A DNA stretch of 64,000 nt from an uncultured delta proteobacterium (GTDB lineage: Bacteria > Myxococcota_A > Polyangia > Polyangiales > Polyangiaceae), in contig CAVQUB010000021.1 of assembly GCA_963716725.1 (NCBI GenBank), forward strand, positions 192,001 through 256,000. Direction: 5' to 3'. A program made the translations under genes and the position numbers. Shown piece after piece: positions 39,575-49,380 of the stretch. How positions within the stretch are numbered: the stretch's first letter is position 1; every line of letters starts with the position of its first letter. The notes below the pieces were generated by a model. That model made no database searches, was not told the DNA's origin, and worked only from the letters and a program-made list of their open reading frames with translations.

Positions 39575-40459
39575 TCACCCGGCTGTAATTCGCGTCAGAC
39601 GTGCCGGCGGATGGATCCCGTCCCGGCGGAAGGCCTCGGTGACTCGGAGGTGCACCTCGGTTTCGAAGGACTTCTCGTACTTGGTGTCGAGCACGTACGG
39701 ACGCGCTTTCACCTCGAAGGCGAAGTACCCGTCGACCAAGAGCTGCTTGGTGAGCACCGGCACGTCTCGACCCAGAAAGACGTATTGGCTGGTCAGGCAG
39801 GCCTCGCGGATGATCTCGCGCGCTCGCCCCACGTCTTGGTCGATGCCGATGTAAAACGCCATCGGGACCTGCATCTCCAGCGCGCCGTAGTTGCCGCAAG
39901 ACGTGACGTCCGTGAGCACCTTGTTGTTCGGGATGGTGACGATGTTGTGATCGAGCGTGTTCATCTGCACGCTGCGAAGTCCGATCTTGATGATGTCGCC
40001 GTACTGGCCGGCGTATTCGACTCGGTCCCCCACTTGGAAGGGTCGATCGAACATGATGGTGATGCCGGCGATGAAGGCCGCGACCAGATCTCGCATGGCG
40101 AAACCCACGGCGAAGGCCAAGGCGCCCCCGATGACCGTGACCGCGGTCGGGTCGAGACGCACGCTCAAGCCGACGCAGACCGCCACCGTCACGATGTAGG
40201 TGACGAAGCGAGTGATCGACTCGACCTTCTGAATCACCATGCGCCGCGCGGTGAATCGCTTGCCGAGACCCTCGGCCACCCCCTCGACGATGCGGAGCAA
40301 GATGATCGCGCCGAGGACCACGAACACCGAAACGAACACACCCCCCGCGCGGACGAAGCTCACCAGCTTGCCGACTTCGGGCAGGTCCTGGGCCTGGGCC
40401 GGCAGCGACCAGACAAAGACGACGAGCGCGACGAGCGCGACCTGCAAGCGGCGAGTCAT
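39575..40459 (-). CDS. MscS-family channel with N-terminal signal-like peptide
   Basis: AVGFAMRDL, DRPFQVGDRV, IGLRSV, IPNNK. Its ATG overlaps the stop of the ATPase gene. Confidence 0.9.
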   Translation of the reverse strand: MTRRLQVALVALVVFVWSLPAQAQDLPEVGKLVSFVRAGGVFVSVFVVLGAIILLRIVEGVAEGLGKRFTARRMVIQKVESITRFVTYIVTVAVCVGLSVRLDPTAVTVIGGALAFAVGFAMRDLVAAFIAGITIMFDRPFQVGDRVEYAGQYGDIIKIGLRSVQMNTLDHNIVTIPNNKVLTDVTSCGNYGALEMQVPMAFYIGIDQDVGRAREIIREACLTSQYVFLGRDVPVLTKQLLVDGYFAFEVKARPYVLDTKYEKSFETEVHLRVTEAFRRDGIHPPARLTRITAG

Positions 40460-43400
40460 GCGGCACCGGGCCGGGTCGGGTGGAGCAGGTATCGCCGCCG
40501 CAGGAAACGCGTCACCGCGCGGTACCAGGGCCAAGGCACCGAGTAGTTGTCGTCGCCAAATTCGACGAAGCCGCGCGCCTGCCCATAGCGCAGCGTATCC
40601 TGGACCTTGGCCAGCGGGATCATGGTTGCGTCGCTCACTTCTCGAGCGCTGGAATCCTCGAGGCGCACGAGCGCGCGCAGAACGAAGAGCGACGCATCCG
40701 GCAGGCGCTCGAGCTCGGCGATGTCGGCGGGCTCGAAGGGCTCCACCCGCGCGGCCCCGTCTTCCGCGAGGCTCAAGCAGCTGCGCCAGGCGTGGATCGC
40801 CAGTCCCGGATTGCCCTCCGCGTAGTCCCACATCATGCGGCTGTAAGCGATCTCGGCGCGTTGACGCGCTTCTTCGCGGTCGAACGCGTCCGCGTCGGCG
40901 GGCAGGTCGTCGATGACCACGGAGAAGTCCGGCGTGACGCCGGCTTCTTTGCAGCGCAGCCGGATCAGGCGAACGATGGCCTCTTCTTGCCAGCGTCGCA
41001 GCACCAGCGCCTCGTCGAAGGCCGGGCGTGCGCCGCGCGCCAGCTCGAAGAAGCGCCAGACGACGTCATCGATGGCGAACACCCAGGCCGAGCGCGAGCT
41101 GTACTTGCGCGCGACCTCGAGCAGTCGATCCATCGCGTCGAGGCCGCCCATGGTGGGACGGATGAGCCGGTGAGCGTCGTCGAGCAGCAAGGCAGCGTCA
41201 TCTCCGCCCTGGTCGAGCTTCTCGCCAATCTCGTCGAAGGTGGCTTCAGCCCGGAGACCGAGCGCTCGAGCAATGGCGGGCTGGAGTTCGGTGAGGCCGC
41301 CCGGTGGGCAAGTCACCAGCGTCACGGTCTTGCGCTGACCCTGCATCCGGTGCAGGAGCGTGGTCTTTCCAAGACCTCGCTCTCCGACTACGGCAAAGAC
41401 GCCGCCGCCCCGGCGGTCGATCTGCTCGAGCAGCTCATTGGCCTCCTCGTCCGCAGCGCTGGTGACCAAGCTCATGGAAGGCGTCTCGGGGTCCAACGCA
41501 CGCAGGAGCTCGTCCGAGAGCGACGCGCGCGGTTCCCGGCCATCACCCACGACCTTCTTGCTCATCTCGCGCTGAAACAGGTAGGCCAGCAGGCGCCGCG
41601 TGAGCTCCAGCCCGGTGGTCCACGCGCGGATACGACGGCCCACGCCCGTGCCGAGCAAGAACACGCCTGCGAGCGCGGCCACCGGGAAGCTCACCCAGCC
41701 GGCTTTGCGGGCGTCGACCCAGCGATCGAAGGGGCGCTTCTTGCGCTTGGTGGCCACGATCTCGAAGATGATCGGCTTCCACCAGTGCACGATCACCAGC
41801 GCCACCGGCAGCGCGGCAAACCAGCCCGCGGAGAACACCCAGGTGTAGATGGTGCCCTTGCCCACGACGACGTCGGTGACCGACAAGATCGCCCCAAAAA
41901 CCACCACCGCGCGGCTGATCAGACGCAGGGAGGCGATCCGGATGTGGCGCGTCTGCATCTGGGTGACGCGAACCAGCCGCCCGCTGCCCTCCCCGGCGAG
42001 CGCGTCCGCGACATCGACCGCGAGCGCGCCGCCCACGGTCCAACCCACGATGGCGACGGGGATCCTGATTTCCAGCAGGCCGAGGATCTCCGGCGGCAGG
42101 AATCGATACAAGACGTATAGGACGACTGCAATCTCGAGCCGAGCGCGGATCCGGATCAAGAACTCGACGCTGCGTTCGGCAAAGCTCGGGCCGACGAGCG
42201 CGCGGCTGCGGCGCGCTTCTCGCAGGCGGTCGAGCAAGGGAACGAGGAAACCCTCGGCCCGACGGCGCCACCACACATACACCGCCAGAACGAAACCCCA
42301 GGAGAGCGCCACCGCGCCGACGCCGAGCACCGAGTCCGTCCGCGCCGGACTCGAGGTACCGAGACCGCGCAGGTAGATGATGGCGTTTCGGAGGCGCGCT
42401 CGGAACGTGAGCGCGACCTGGCGGGCTTCCGCCGCGCCTTGGTCGCGACCCGCCGCCCCAAGGCCCGTCAGCGCGTCGCGCTTGCCCGCAGAGACCAAGG
42501 GCAAGAGCTGCAAGCGGCCGCGGTTGAGCTTCTCGATCTGGGCCGAGAACGCCGCAGCGCGGCCCTGCTGGGCTGCGCGCTCCTCTCCCGCCAGGGTCCG
42601 CTCGGCCTTCTCCAGGTCCGCGCGCTTCTTCGTGGCTACCTCGACGTTCACCTCGGCGGGCAGCTCGCTCAGCGGATTGCCCCCGACGCTCGGCACGTCG
42701 GTATGCGAGGAAGAGAGCGCCGTGAGCGCTCGATCGAGCTCGTCTCTGGAGCCCTTGAGGGTCTTCCGGAGCTCGTCGTAGAGAGCGTCGACGGACTCGC
42801 CGCCGCTCTTCTGCGGCGCGGCCGCTTCGATGGCCTCGCGGATCCGACGCTGCCAGGTCAGCGTGGTCTCGGCCGCCGCATCCAGCGCTTGTCTCCGTCG
42901 CACGAGCTCGCCCTCGAACTCGGCCTGCTGCTTCTCGACGGAGAGCAGTCGCGCTTCCTCTTCGGCCACCGTTCGAGCGGCCTCGGTTCGGGCGAGGCGG
43001 GCGACCTCGAGAGCGCGCTGGCGGCTCTCCTCGGCAGCGAGCGCCTTCTTGCCCGATTCGCGGAGCTCCTCTTCAGGCGTGTCGACCCGCTCGGTCTTCT
43101 GGCGCTCGGTGTGACGCTTCAGGAGCGCCTCGCGATCGGCCTGGGGCTTGCGATAGAAATCGAGCCGCGCGGCGTCGAGCGCGAGCCGGGACTGCAAGAG
43201 GATCGAATCGTCGCTCGGGACAGCGGTAGCGCCAGGCGCAGCATCGGCGCCAGCATCGAGCTCAGCCCGCTCCGGAGGCACGCCAAGCACGCGCTCGAGC
43301 CGCACGATCTCGACGGCGATGGCGTTCTCGTCTGCGAGCGGCACGTCGAACAACGACTGCGGCTCGACCGTCACGTCGAGCTTCTCTGCCAAGAGGGCCC

Positions 43401-43575
43401 GGACACGCTCCACCTGTCGCGCGAGCGCCTTCACCTCTTCGGGGTGGTCGGCGATCTCGCCCGCGTCGGCGCCGGGAGCTAGGCTCACCTCGGCATCCGG
43501 CCCCGCATCGGCCCCGGCCACGCCCGCCACGGCGACCCACGCGCTCAGCAGGGCCCAAGCTGTTCTTCGGCGCAT
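40456..43575 (-). CDS. Membrane protein: signal peptide, periplasmic coiled coil, ~6-7 TM helices, P-loop (AAA-like) NTPase, winged-helix tail
   Basis: Walker A GERGLGKT, Walker B LLLDDAH, YAEGNPG, C-terminal wHTH-like VLRALV...EVSDATM...LRYGQARGFVE. Confidence 0.85.
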   Translation of the reverse strand: MRRRTAWALLSAWVAVAGVAGADAGPDAEVSLAPGADAGEIADHPEEVKALARQVERVRALLAEKLDVTVEPQSLFDVPLADENAIAVEIVRLERVLGVPPERAELDAGADAAPGATAVPSDDSILLQSRLALDAARLDFYRKPQADREALLKRHTERQKTERVDTPEEELRESGKKALAAEESRQRALEVARLARTEAARTVAEEEARLLSVEKQQAEFEGELVRRRQALDAAAETTLTWQRRIREAIEAAAPQKSGGESVDALYDELRKTLKGSRDELDRALTALSSSHTDVPSVGGNPLSELPAEVNVEVATKKRADLEKAERTLAGEERAAQQGRAAAFSAQIEKLNRGRLQLLPLVSAGKRDALTGLGAAGRDQGAAEARQVALTFRARLRNAIIYLRGLGTSSPARTDSVLGVGAVALSWGFVLAVYVWWRRRAEGFLVPLLDRLREARRSRALVGPSFAERSVEFLIRIRARLEIAVVLYVLYRFLPPEILGLLEIRIPVAIVGWTVGGALAVDVADALAGEGSGRLVRVTQMQTRHIRIASLRLISRAVVVFGAILSVTDVVVGKGTIYTWVFSAGWFAALPVALVIVHWWKPIIFEIVATKRKKRPFDRWVDARKAGWVSFPVAALAGVFLLGTGVGRRIRAWTTGLELTRRLLAYLFQREMSKKVVGDGREPRASLSDELLRALDPETPSMSLVTSAADEEANELLEQIDRRGGGVFAVVGERGLGKTTLLHRMQGQRKTVTLVTCPPGGLTELQPAIARALGLRAEATFDEIGEKLDQGGDDAALLLDDAHRLIRPTMGGLDAMDRLLEVARKYSSRSAWVFAIDDVVWRFFELARGARPAFDEALVLRRWQEEAIVRLIRLRCKEAGVTPDFSVVIDDLPADADAFDREEARQRAEIAYSRMMWDYAEGNPGLAIHAWRSCLSLAEDGAARVEPFEPADIAELERLPDASLFVLRALVRLEDSSAREVSDATMIPLAKVQDTLRYGQARGFVEFGDDNYSVPWPWYRAVTRFLRRRYLLHPTRPGAA

Positions 43576-43681
43576 TCGACGGCCACATTGATGGTGCGGC
43601 GCCCCACCGGGGTCAAGCGCGGACGGTTGTGCGGATTTCTCCCAAGGGCACCGGGAGGTTAGGCGCTATGCTGCCGGCCGA

Positions 43682-45860
43682 ATGGCCGGCGCTCCGAGTG
43701 ATCCGTTTGGGTGGGTGGGCGCCACCGCGGACGCCAAGTACGTCATCGAAGAGTGCATCGGAGAAGGTGGCTTTGCGGTCGTGTACCGCGCCAACCACCT
43801 GGGCTTCGGCGAGAAGGTCGCCTTCAAATGCCTGCGGGTCCCCGAGGACTTCAAGGGCGAGGACAAGGATCGCTTCTTCGAGAGCTTCTTGCACGAAGGC
43901 AAGCTGCAGCACCGCCTGTCGAGGATGACCGCTGGCATCGTGCAGGCCCTCGACGTCGGCGCGGCGACCTCGCCGACCGGGCACTGGACTCCCTATCTGG
44001 TGCTCGAGTGGCTCGAGGGTCGGACCCTCGAGCGGGACATGGACGAGCGGCACAAGTTGGGAGCTCGGGGACGGCCCCTCGCCGAAGCGCTCACTCTGCT
44101 CGACCCCGTCGCGCGAGCCCTCGATCTGGCTCACGAACAAGGCGTCGCGCACCGCGACGTGAAACCGGCCAACCTGTTTCTCGCCGAGATCGGCGGCAGG
44201 CAAACCATCAAGGTCTTGGACTTCGGCATCGCCAAGGTCATCACCGAGACGGCCAGCGTGACCCGAGCCTTCGAGGTCACGGGGCGAACGTTGCAAGCAT
44301 TCACCGCCCACTACGGCGCGCCGGAGCAGTTCGCGCGCCGCTTCGGGGCCACCGGACCCTGGACGGACGTGTTCGCCCTCGCGCTCGTCCTGATCGAGCT
44401 GGTCAGCGGCAAGCGTGCGCTCGAGGGCGAGGACGCCGCGGAGCTCTTCGTCTCGTCGGCGGATTCTGGAGCACCGGCCCACGCTGCGGGCCCGCGGAGT
44501 CGACGTGAGCGATCCCGTCGAAGAGGTGATCCAGGTCGCGCTCTCGGTGGATCCGAGGGCCCGCTACCGCAACATGGGAGAGTTTTGGACCGCGCTGTCG
44601 GACGCCGCGAACTGGGCGCCGCGCGCCCAAATGTCGTCGCACGCCGCGGTGCTTCCCTCGGACACGTACCTGCCCACGTCCGACGGAGCAGCCATCGACG
44701 CGCTCTTGCCGTCCTCGCCGCCGCCGGACGCCCTGACAGCGGTGGGGCCGCCGCCGTCTCTGCAACGAATGCCAGAGGCTTCGACTCAGCTCTCGTCGAG
44801 CACGCAGGTACCGATAGAACCCGGGCAGGCCGCCGTCGAGATCGTGCCCGGCCGGCGCGGCCGGCTGCTCGCGACCGTCGCCGCGGGCAGCATCGCCGTC
44901 GGCGCCCTGATCGGAGGCGGCGCTTATCTGGCCTCGTCACGTCGCCCGCCGAGCGCAGCGGCGTCGGCCGCGGCCGTGCCCGAAGCGAGCGTGGCGTCGA
45001 GCGCAACGCCTGCGCCCGAACCGAGCGTCGCCCCTGCGCCAGCGTCGGCGTCCAGCCGACCGGAGCAGCCGCGCCCGTCGCCGCTCGCCAGATCGATACC
45101 GGCCGGCGCCGTTCCTGGTTCTAACGCCTGGGTAGAGGAGTTCCGCACTCAGTCGCTCCCCGACGACGCCGGGCGCAGCGTGCTGGAGGCCCAGACCAAG
45201 TGCGCAGACGCGGGGCTCTCTCTGTGCACCGAGCAACAATGGGCTCGAGTTTGTGCGGACGACGCGACCGTGGCGCGCGATCCGTCGTGGACGCTCTCCG
45301 CGCAGTCGCATGGGTTCGTGGTGCGAGGCGGCGGCGCGTGCACCATCCGCGCGGTCGCAGCCGGCGCGAGCGCGGCGCCGGACCGGCGCGGGCTCTGCTG
45401 CGAGCGGTCGATTGCCATCGAGTCCAACAACCGCAACAAGAACTTCGTGGTCGCAACCTCCCGCGCCCTCGAGAAGATCGAGGCTGCGCTGAACGCGCGG
45501 CGCACCAGCGTCTTCATGGGGCTCGTGAGTGACGGCGCGTCCATCGACGGTGAGCCTCGAACGCTCGCCGAGATCGGCAAGATGCTGGATCAGTCGTATC
45601 AGCAGTTCCCCGATCAATGGACCATCATCGATACCTGCAGCGTGAGCATGAAGGCCGTGGTGCGGGCACCGCTCAAGCCCAACAAGAGCAAACGAAAGCC
45701 TCGACCCCCCGAGAGCTCGTCGTGGAGCGCCGAGTGCGAAGTGCTCCGGCAGCGCGGCGGGCAGATCAGCGTCGTGACCACCAGCTACGTGATCGCGGGC
45801 AACGGCCGCCTGCAGCGCATCGACGACATCCGCACCAGCCGGCCGTGGTCCAAACCGTGA
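43682..45860 (+). CDS. Membrane Ser/Thr protein kinase with extracellular Cys-containing domains (1 frameshift at ~44465)
   Basis: GEGGFAVV, VAFK, HRDVKPAN, DFGIAK, YGAPEQ, DVFALA; TM helix; FGE-like CTEQQWARVC...VVRGG...GLCC. Confidence 0.85.
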
Positions 45861-46318
45861 GGCTGTCGGGCGTGCTTCTGACCCTCGGCGTCGGAGGCTG
45901 CGCGCACGTCGCTCCGCTGCCCCAGCCGCTGCCGCCGGCGGCAGGAGCCCCGCCCTCGCCGAGCCCCGCAGCAACGACGGCGCCCGGCGCCTCACAGCCG
46001 GAGTTGGCGCCCACCACTGCGCTCGACGGCGAAGCGACGTACTACTCGGACAAGCTCGCCGGGCGAAAGACCGCCAGCGGCGAGCGCTACGATCCCGCGG
46101 CGCTGACCGCCGCGCACCGCTGGTTGCCCTTCGGCACGCGCGTTCGAGTGGTGCGCGTGGACACGGGCAACTCGGTGCTGGTGCGCATCACGGATCGTGG
46201 TCCCTTCGGGAAACCGAGCCGCATCATCGACCTGTCGAAGGCAGCAGCGAGGCAGCTCGACATGCTCCGGGCTGGAGTGATCCGCGTTCGCGTGGAAGTG
46301 CTGCCGCCCGGAGGCTGA
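45857..46318 (+). CDS. rlpA: RlpA-family lytic transglycosylase lipoprotein
   Basis: ATYY, TASGERY, TAAHRWLPFGT, ITDRGPF, IIDLSKAAA. Confidence 0.92.
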   Translation: MRLSGVLLTLGVGGCAHVAPLPQPLPPAAGAPPSPSPAATTAPGASQPELAPTTALDGEATYYSDKLAGRKTASGERYDPAALTAAHRWLPFGTRVRVVRVDTGNSVLVRITDRGPFGKPSRIIDLSKAAARQLDMLRAGVIRVRVEVLPPGG

Positions 46319-46325
46319 ATTCGCC

Positions 46326-46814
46326 TCAGCCGGCGTCCTTGCTCATCTCCAGATAGACGGTGATCGAGCTGCGCTCCGCCGCGGTATCCACGGCGAGAGT
46401 CACGTTGTTTGCGGCCTTCTGAAAACAGTCGTTCAAGGTGGCGGAGCCCGGTCCCGAGTGCGACGCCGACACGCTCTTGCGCTCGCCCTTGACGAACAAG
46501 TAGCTCAAGATCATGCGGCCCGCGGCCTCCGGCGTCGCTTCGAGCGTCGCCGCGTAGCAGGATTCGAAGGCCTCCCCCTGGCTCTCCAGGCCCTTGCGCA
46601 CCGCGGCCTCGTCCACGCCGCCACCCTGAATCTCGACCTTGCTCACGGCGACGCGGCGCGGCGCGGGCGGGGCGTTCGCTTCGGCGGTATCGGCCGCCGT
46701 CGGGCCGGGCTCCGAGCTGGGACCCGCGGGCGGCGGCGCAGGCGAACCCCCACAGCCGAAGCCAACGAGGCTCATGCAAGCAACGACGCCGATAGACCAA
46801 GTGGGAGCACGCAT
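46326..46814 (-). CDS. Lipoprotein with AgmX/PglI-like (TonB-C-like) C-terminal domain
   Basis: Lipobox GFGC; GGVDEAAVRK...ESCY...PEAAGR...LNDC. Confidence 0.65.
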   Translation of the reverse strand: MRAPTWSIGVVACMSLVGFGCGGSPAPPPAGPSSEPGPTAADTAEANAPPAPRRVAVSKVEIQGGGVDEAAVRKGLESQGEAFESCYAATLEATPEAAGRMILSYLFVKGERKSVSASHSGPGSATLNDCFQKAANNVTLAVDTAAERSSITVYLEMSKDAG

Positions 46815-46866
46815 TTTCGCGTAACTGACCCAAGTCAGAGTCCGCCGTCAAGGGTCCAGAGCGACC

Positions 46867-47118
46867 TCAGAGCGTGCCGGAGTGGGCTCGCAGCAGAGCG
46901 TAGAGCTCGTCTTTCAGGTGCAGGCGCTGTTTCTTGAGAACCTCGAAGGCAAAGTCCGACATGGGAACATCCGCCGCTTCGGCCTTCACCACCTCGGCGT
47001 TGGTCGCGGCGTAGCGGTCGAGGAGCTCCTTGAAGCTCGCGTCGCTGAGCCGCAGCTCGGCGATCTGCGCTTTGTGATCGGGGAACTCCGACTCCAGATC
47101 GTGCGATTGAACGTGCAT
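46867..47118 (-). CDS. YdcH/DUF465-family coiled-coil protein
   Basis: HDLESEFP...F.EL..RY...LKKQRLHLKDEL. Confidence 0.85.
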   Translation of the reverse strand: MHVQSHDLESEFPDHKAQIAELRLSDASFKELLDRYAATNAEVVKAEAADVPMSDFAFEVLKKQRLHLKDELYALLRAHSGTL

Positions 47119-47121
47119 GGT

Positions 47122-49194
47122 CTACTCCTTGGTCGCGGCGCCGTGGTGACCAGCGGCGCGGCGTTGCTGGTGCTCTTGTGTCAGACGCTGCTGGACGGAT
47201 TCGGGGACTCGGTCGAAGTGACTGAAGGCGATGGAGTAGCTGCCGTCGCCGCCGGTCATGGACTTCAGGCGGCTCTCGAAGGCGCCCATCTCGGCCATGG
47301 GCGCCTCGCCACTGATCTCGGCGCGCCCGTCTGCCAGGGCTGAGTTTCCCGTGATGCGCCCGCGCCGATGGGCAAAGTCGGCGCTCAGCTCGCCCAGCAG
47401 GTCAGCGCGCGCGCGAACGTGCACCTCGAGTACGGGCTCGAGCACGATGGGCCCCGCCTGCGCCACCGCGTCGAGCATGGCGTGGCGCCCGGCGGTGATG
47501 AACGCGACCTCTTTCGAGTCCACCGCGTGGGTCTTGCCGTCGAAGACCGTCACGCGCACGTCCGAGATGGGGTAGCCCGCTGCAACGCCCTCGCCCAGCG
47601 CCTGCCGGACGCCCTTCTCGACGGCCGAGATGAAGTGCCCGGGGATGACGCCGCCCTTGATTTCGTCCACGAACTCGAAGCCCGCCCCGCGTTCGAGCGG
47701 CTCGATGCGAAGGGCCACCTCACCGAACTGCCCGGCGCCACCGGTCTGCTTCTTGTGTCGATAACGCGTCTCGGATCGCGCCGAGATGGTCTCGCGGTAG
47801 GGCACGCTCGGTTCGCGGGTCTCGACCTTGACGTTGTACCGCGAGCCGAGTTGCTCGACGATTGTGCGCAGGTGGACCTCACCGAGTCCCCGGATGATGG
47901 TCTCATTCGACTCCGCATCGTGTTCCACCGCGAGCGACGGATCTTCTTCGAGCAGACGGTGCAACGCGTCCGACAGTTTCTGCTCGTCGCCGCGCCGCGC
48001 TGGGATCAGCGCGAGGCCGAAGACGGGCGTGGGAAAGGGTGGCGGATGGAGGTGGATCTGGTCTTCGTCGTGCGAATCGTGCAGCACGGCGTCCCGGGTG
48101 ATGGAATCGACGCGGGCGACGGCGCAGATGTCCCCCGCGATGGCCCGCTCGACGTCGACCTGGTTCTTCCCCTGCAGACGCAGCAGGTGCGACACCTTGA
48201 AGGGCTTGCGCGCGTCGCCGATGAAGAGCTGACTGCCCGGTGCGATGGTGCCCTGGTACAGGCGGAAGATCGCCAGCTTGCCCCGGAATGGGTCATTCAC
48301 GATCTCGAAGACGTGGGCGACGGCGTGGCGATTGGGATCGGCCACGACGTGCACCGCAGCAGCCTCGGCGCCTTGACTCCGGAAGAACCGGGGAGGATTA
48401 CCTTCGGTGGGGTCGGGCATCAGCTTTGCGATCACGTCCAGGAGTTCGCGCGTTCCCGCGCCGGTCGTACCGGAGACGAAGCACACCGGGATCAGGGCCC
48501 CCTGGCGAAGCGCGGCCTCGAACGCGTCGTGCAACTGCTCGGCCTTCAGCGACTCGCCCTGGCCCAGATAGAGCTCCATGAGCCGGTCATCGAGCGCGAC
48601 AACCTGGTCGACGACGGCGTCGTGCGCGGCCGCGACGCTGGAGAACGCGGTCTCGGCGCCCAGCTCGGGAGAGAAGAAGCAGTCGATGACTCGGTCCCCT
48701 TGGGGCGACGGCAGGTTGATGGGCAGACAGACCTTGCCGAACATCTCGGTGAGCTCGGTCATCAGCCCGGCGATCCTCTGAGGCTGGAGGTCGATCTTGT
48801 TGACGATCACCATACGACACAGGCCATCGGCCGCTCTCATCGCGCGCCGAGTGACCGCGCCTATCCCGGCGTCGGCACCAATGACCACGGCCGCCGTCTC
48901 GACGGCTTCGAGTGCCTCGAAGGCTCGACCGAGGAAGTCGGGTGTACCCGGCGTGTCCAAGAGATTCACGTGGTGGTCGGCCCACTCGAAGTGCGTGAGG
49001 CTAACGTTCAGCGAGTGGCGCATCGACTTCTCGAGGGGGTCGAAGTCGCTGACGGTGTCGCCTCGCTCGATCGAGCCAGCAGCCGGGATGGCCTTCGCGG
49101 CAAACAGCAGGCGCTCGGTCAACGTCGTCTTGCCGCTGCTGGCCTGGCCGAGCAGGGCGATGTTCCGAAGGGTATGAGGGGAAGCAGGGTTCAT
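47122..49194 (-). CDS. fusA: Elongation factor G paralogue (EF-G2-like)
   Basis: GQASSGKTT, DTPG, NKID, GLGEVHL, PYRETI, HKKQTGGAGQFG. Switch I is RHSLN instead of RGITI, and the gene lies outside the str operon. Confidence 0.9.
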   Translation of the reverse strand: MNPASPHTLRNIALLGQASSGKTTLTERLLFAAKAIPAAGSIERGDTVSDFDPLEKSMRHSLNVSLTHFEWADHHVNLLDTPGTPDFLGRAFEALEAVETAAVVIGADAGIGAVTRRAMRAADGLCRMVIVNKIDLQPQRIAGLMTELTEMFGKVCLPINLPSPQGDRVIDCFFSPELGAETAFSSVAAAHDAVVDQVVALDDRLMELYLGQGESLKAEQLHDAFEAALRQGALIPVCFVSGTTGAGTRELLDVIAKLMPDPTEGNPPRFFRSQGAEAAAVHVVADPNRHAVAHVFEIVNDPFRGKLAIFRLYQGTIAPGSQLFIGDARKPFKVSHLLRLQGKNQVDVERAIAGDICAVARVDSITRDAVLHDSHDEDQIHLHPPPFPTPVFGLALIPARRGDEQKLSDALHRLLEEDPSLAVEHDAESNETIIRGLGEVHLRTIVEQLGSRYNVKVETREPSVPYRETISARSETRYRHKKQTGGAGQFGEVALRIEPLERGAGFEFVDEIKGGVIPGHFISAVEKGVRQALGEGVAAGYPISDVRVTVFDGKTHAVDSKEVAFITAGRHAMLDAVAQAGPIVLEPVLEVHVRARADLLGELSADFAHRRGRITGNSALADGRAEISGEAPMAEMGAFESRLKSMTGGDGSYSIAFSHFDRVPESVQQRLTQEHQQRRAAGHHGAATKE

Positions 49195-49380
49195 GTCCGT
49201 GGACTCCAGGGCTAGCGACCGGCCGGGGAAAGCACATCCCGTGCGAGGCCGACGCCGTTGGACAAAAGGCCTGCCGAGCCCGATGCTTCGCGAACGATTT
49301 GCGCACGCTAGGACGCTGCCCGCAGATGACTCGCGGTCGCCGCTATCTGGCCCTCCGAAATCGTCGTATAGGCGCGCGCC

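Noticed and set aside
49231..49246. sigma54-like box upstream of EF-G2 (TCGCAC-N5-GTGCT, minus strand)
   Set aside because: Lacks the invariant GG at -24.
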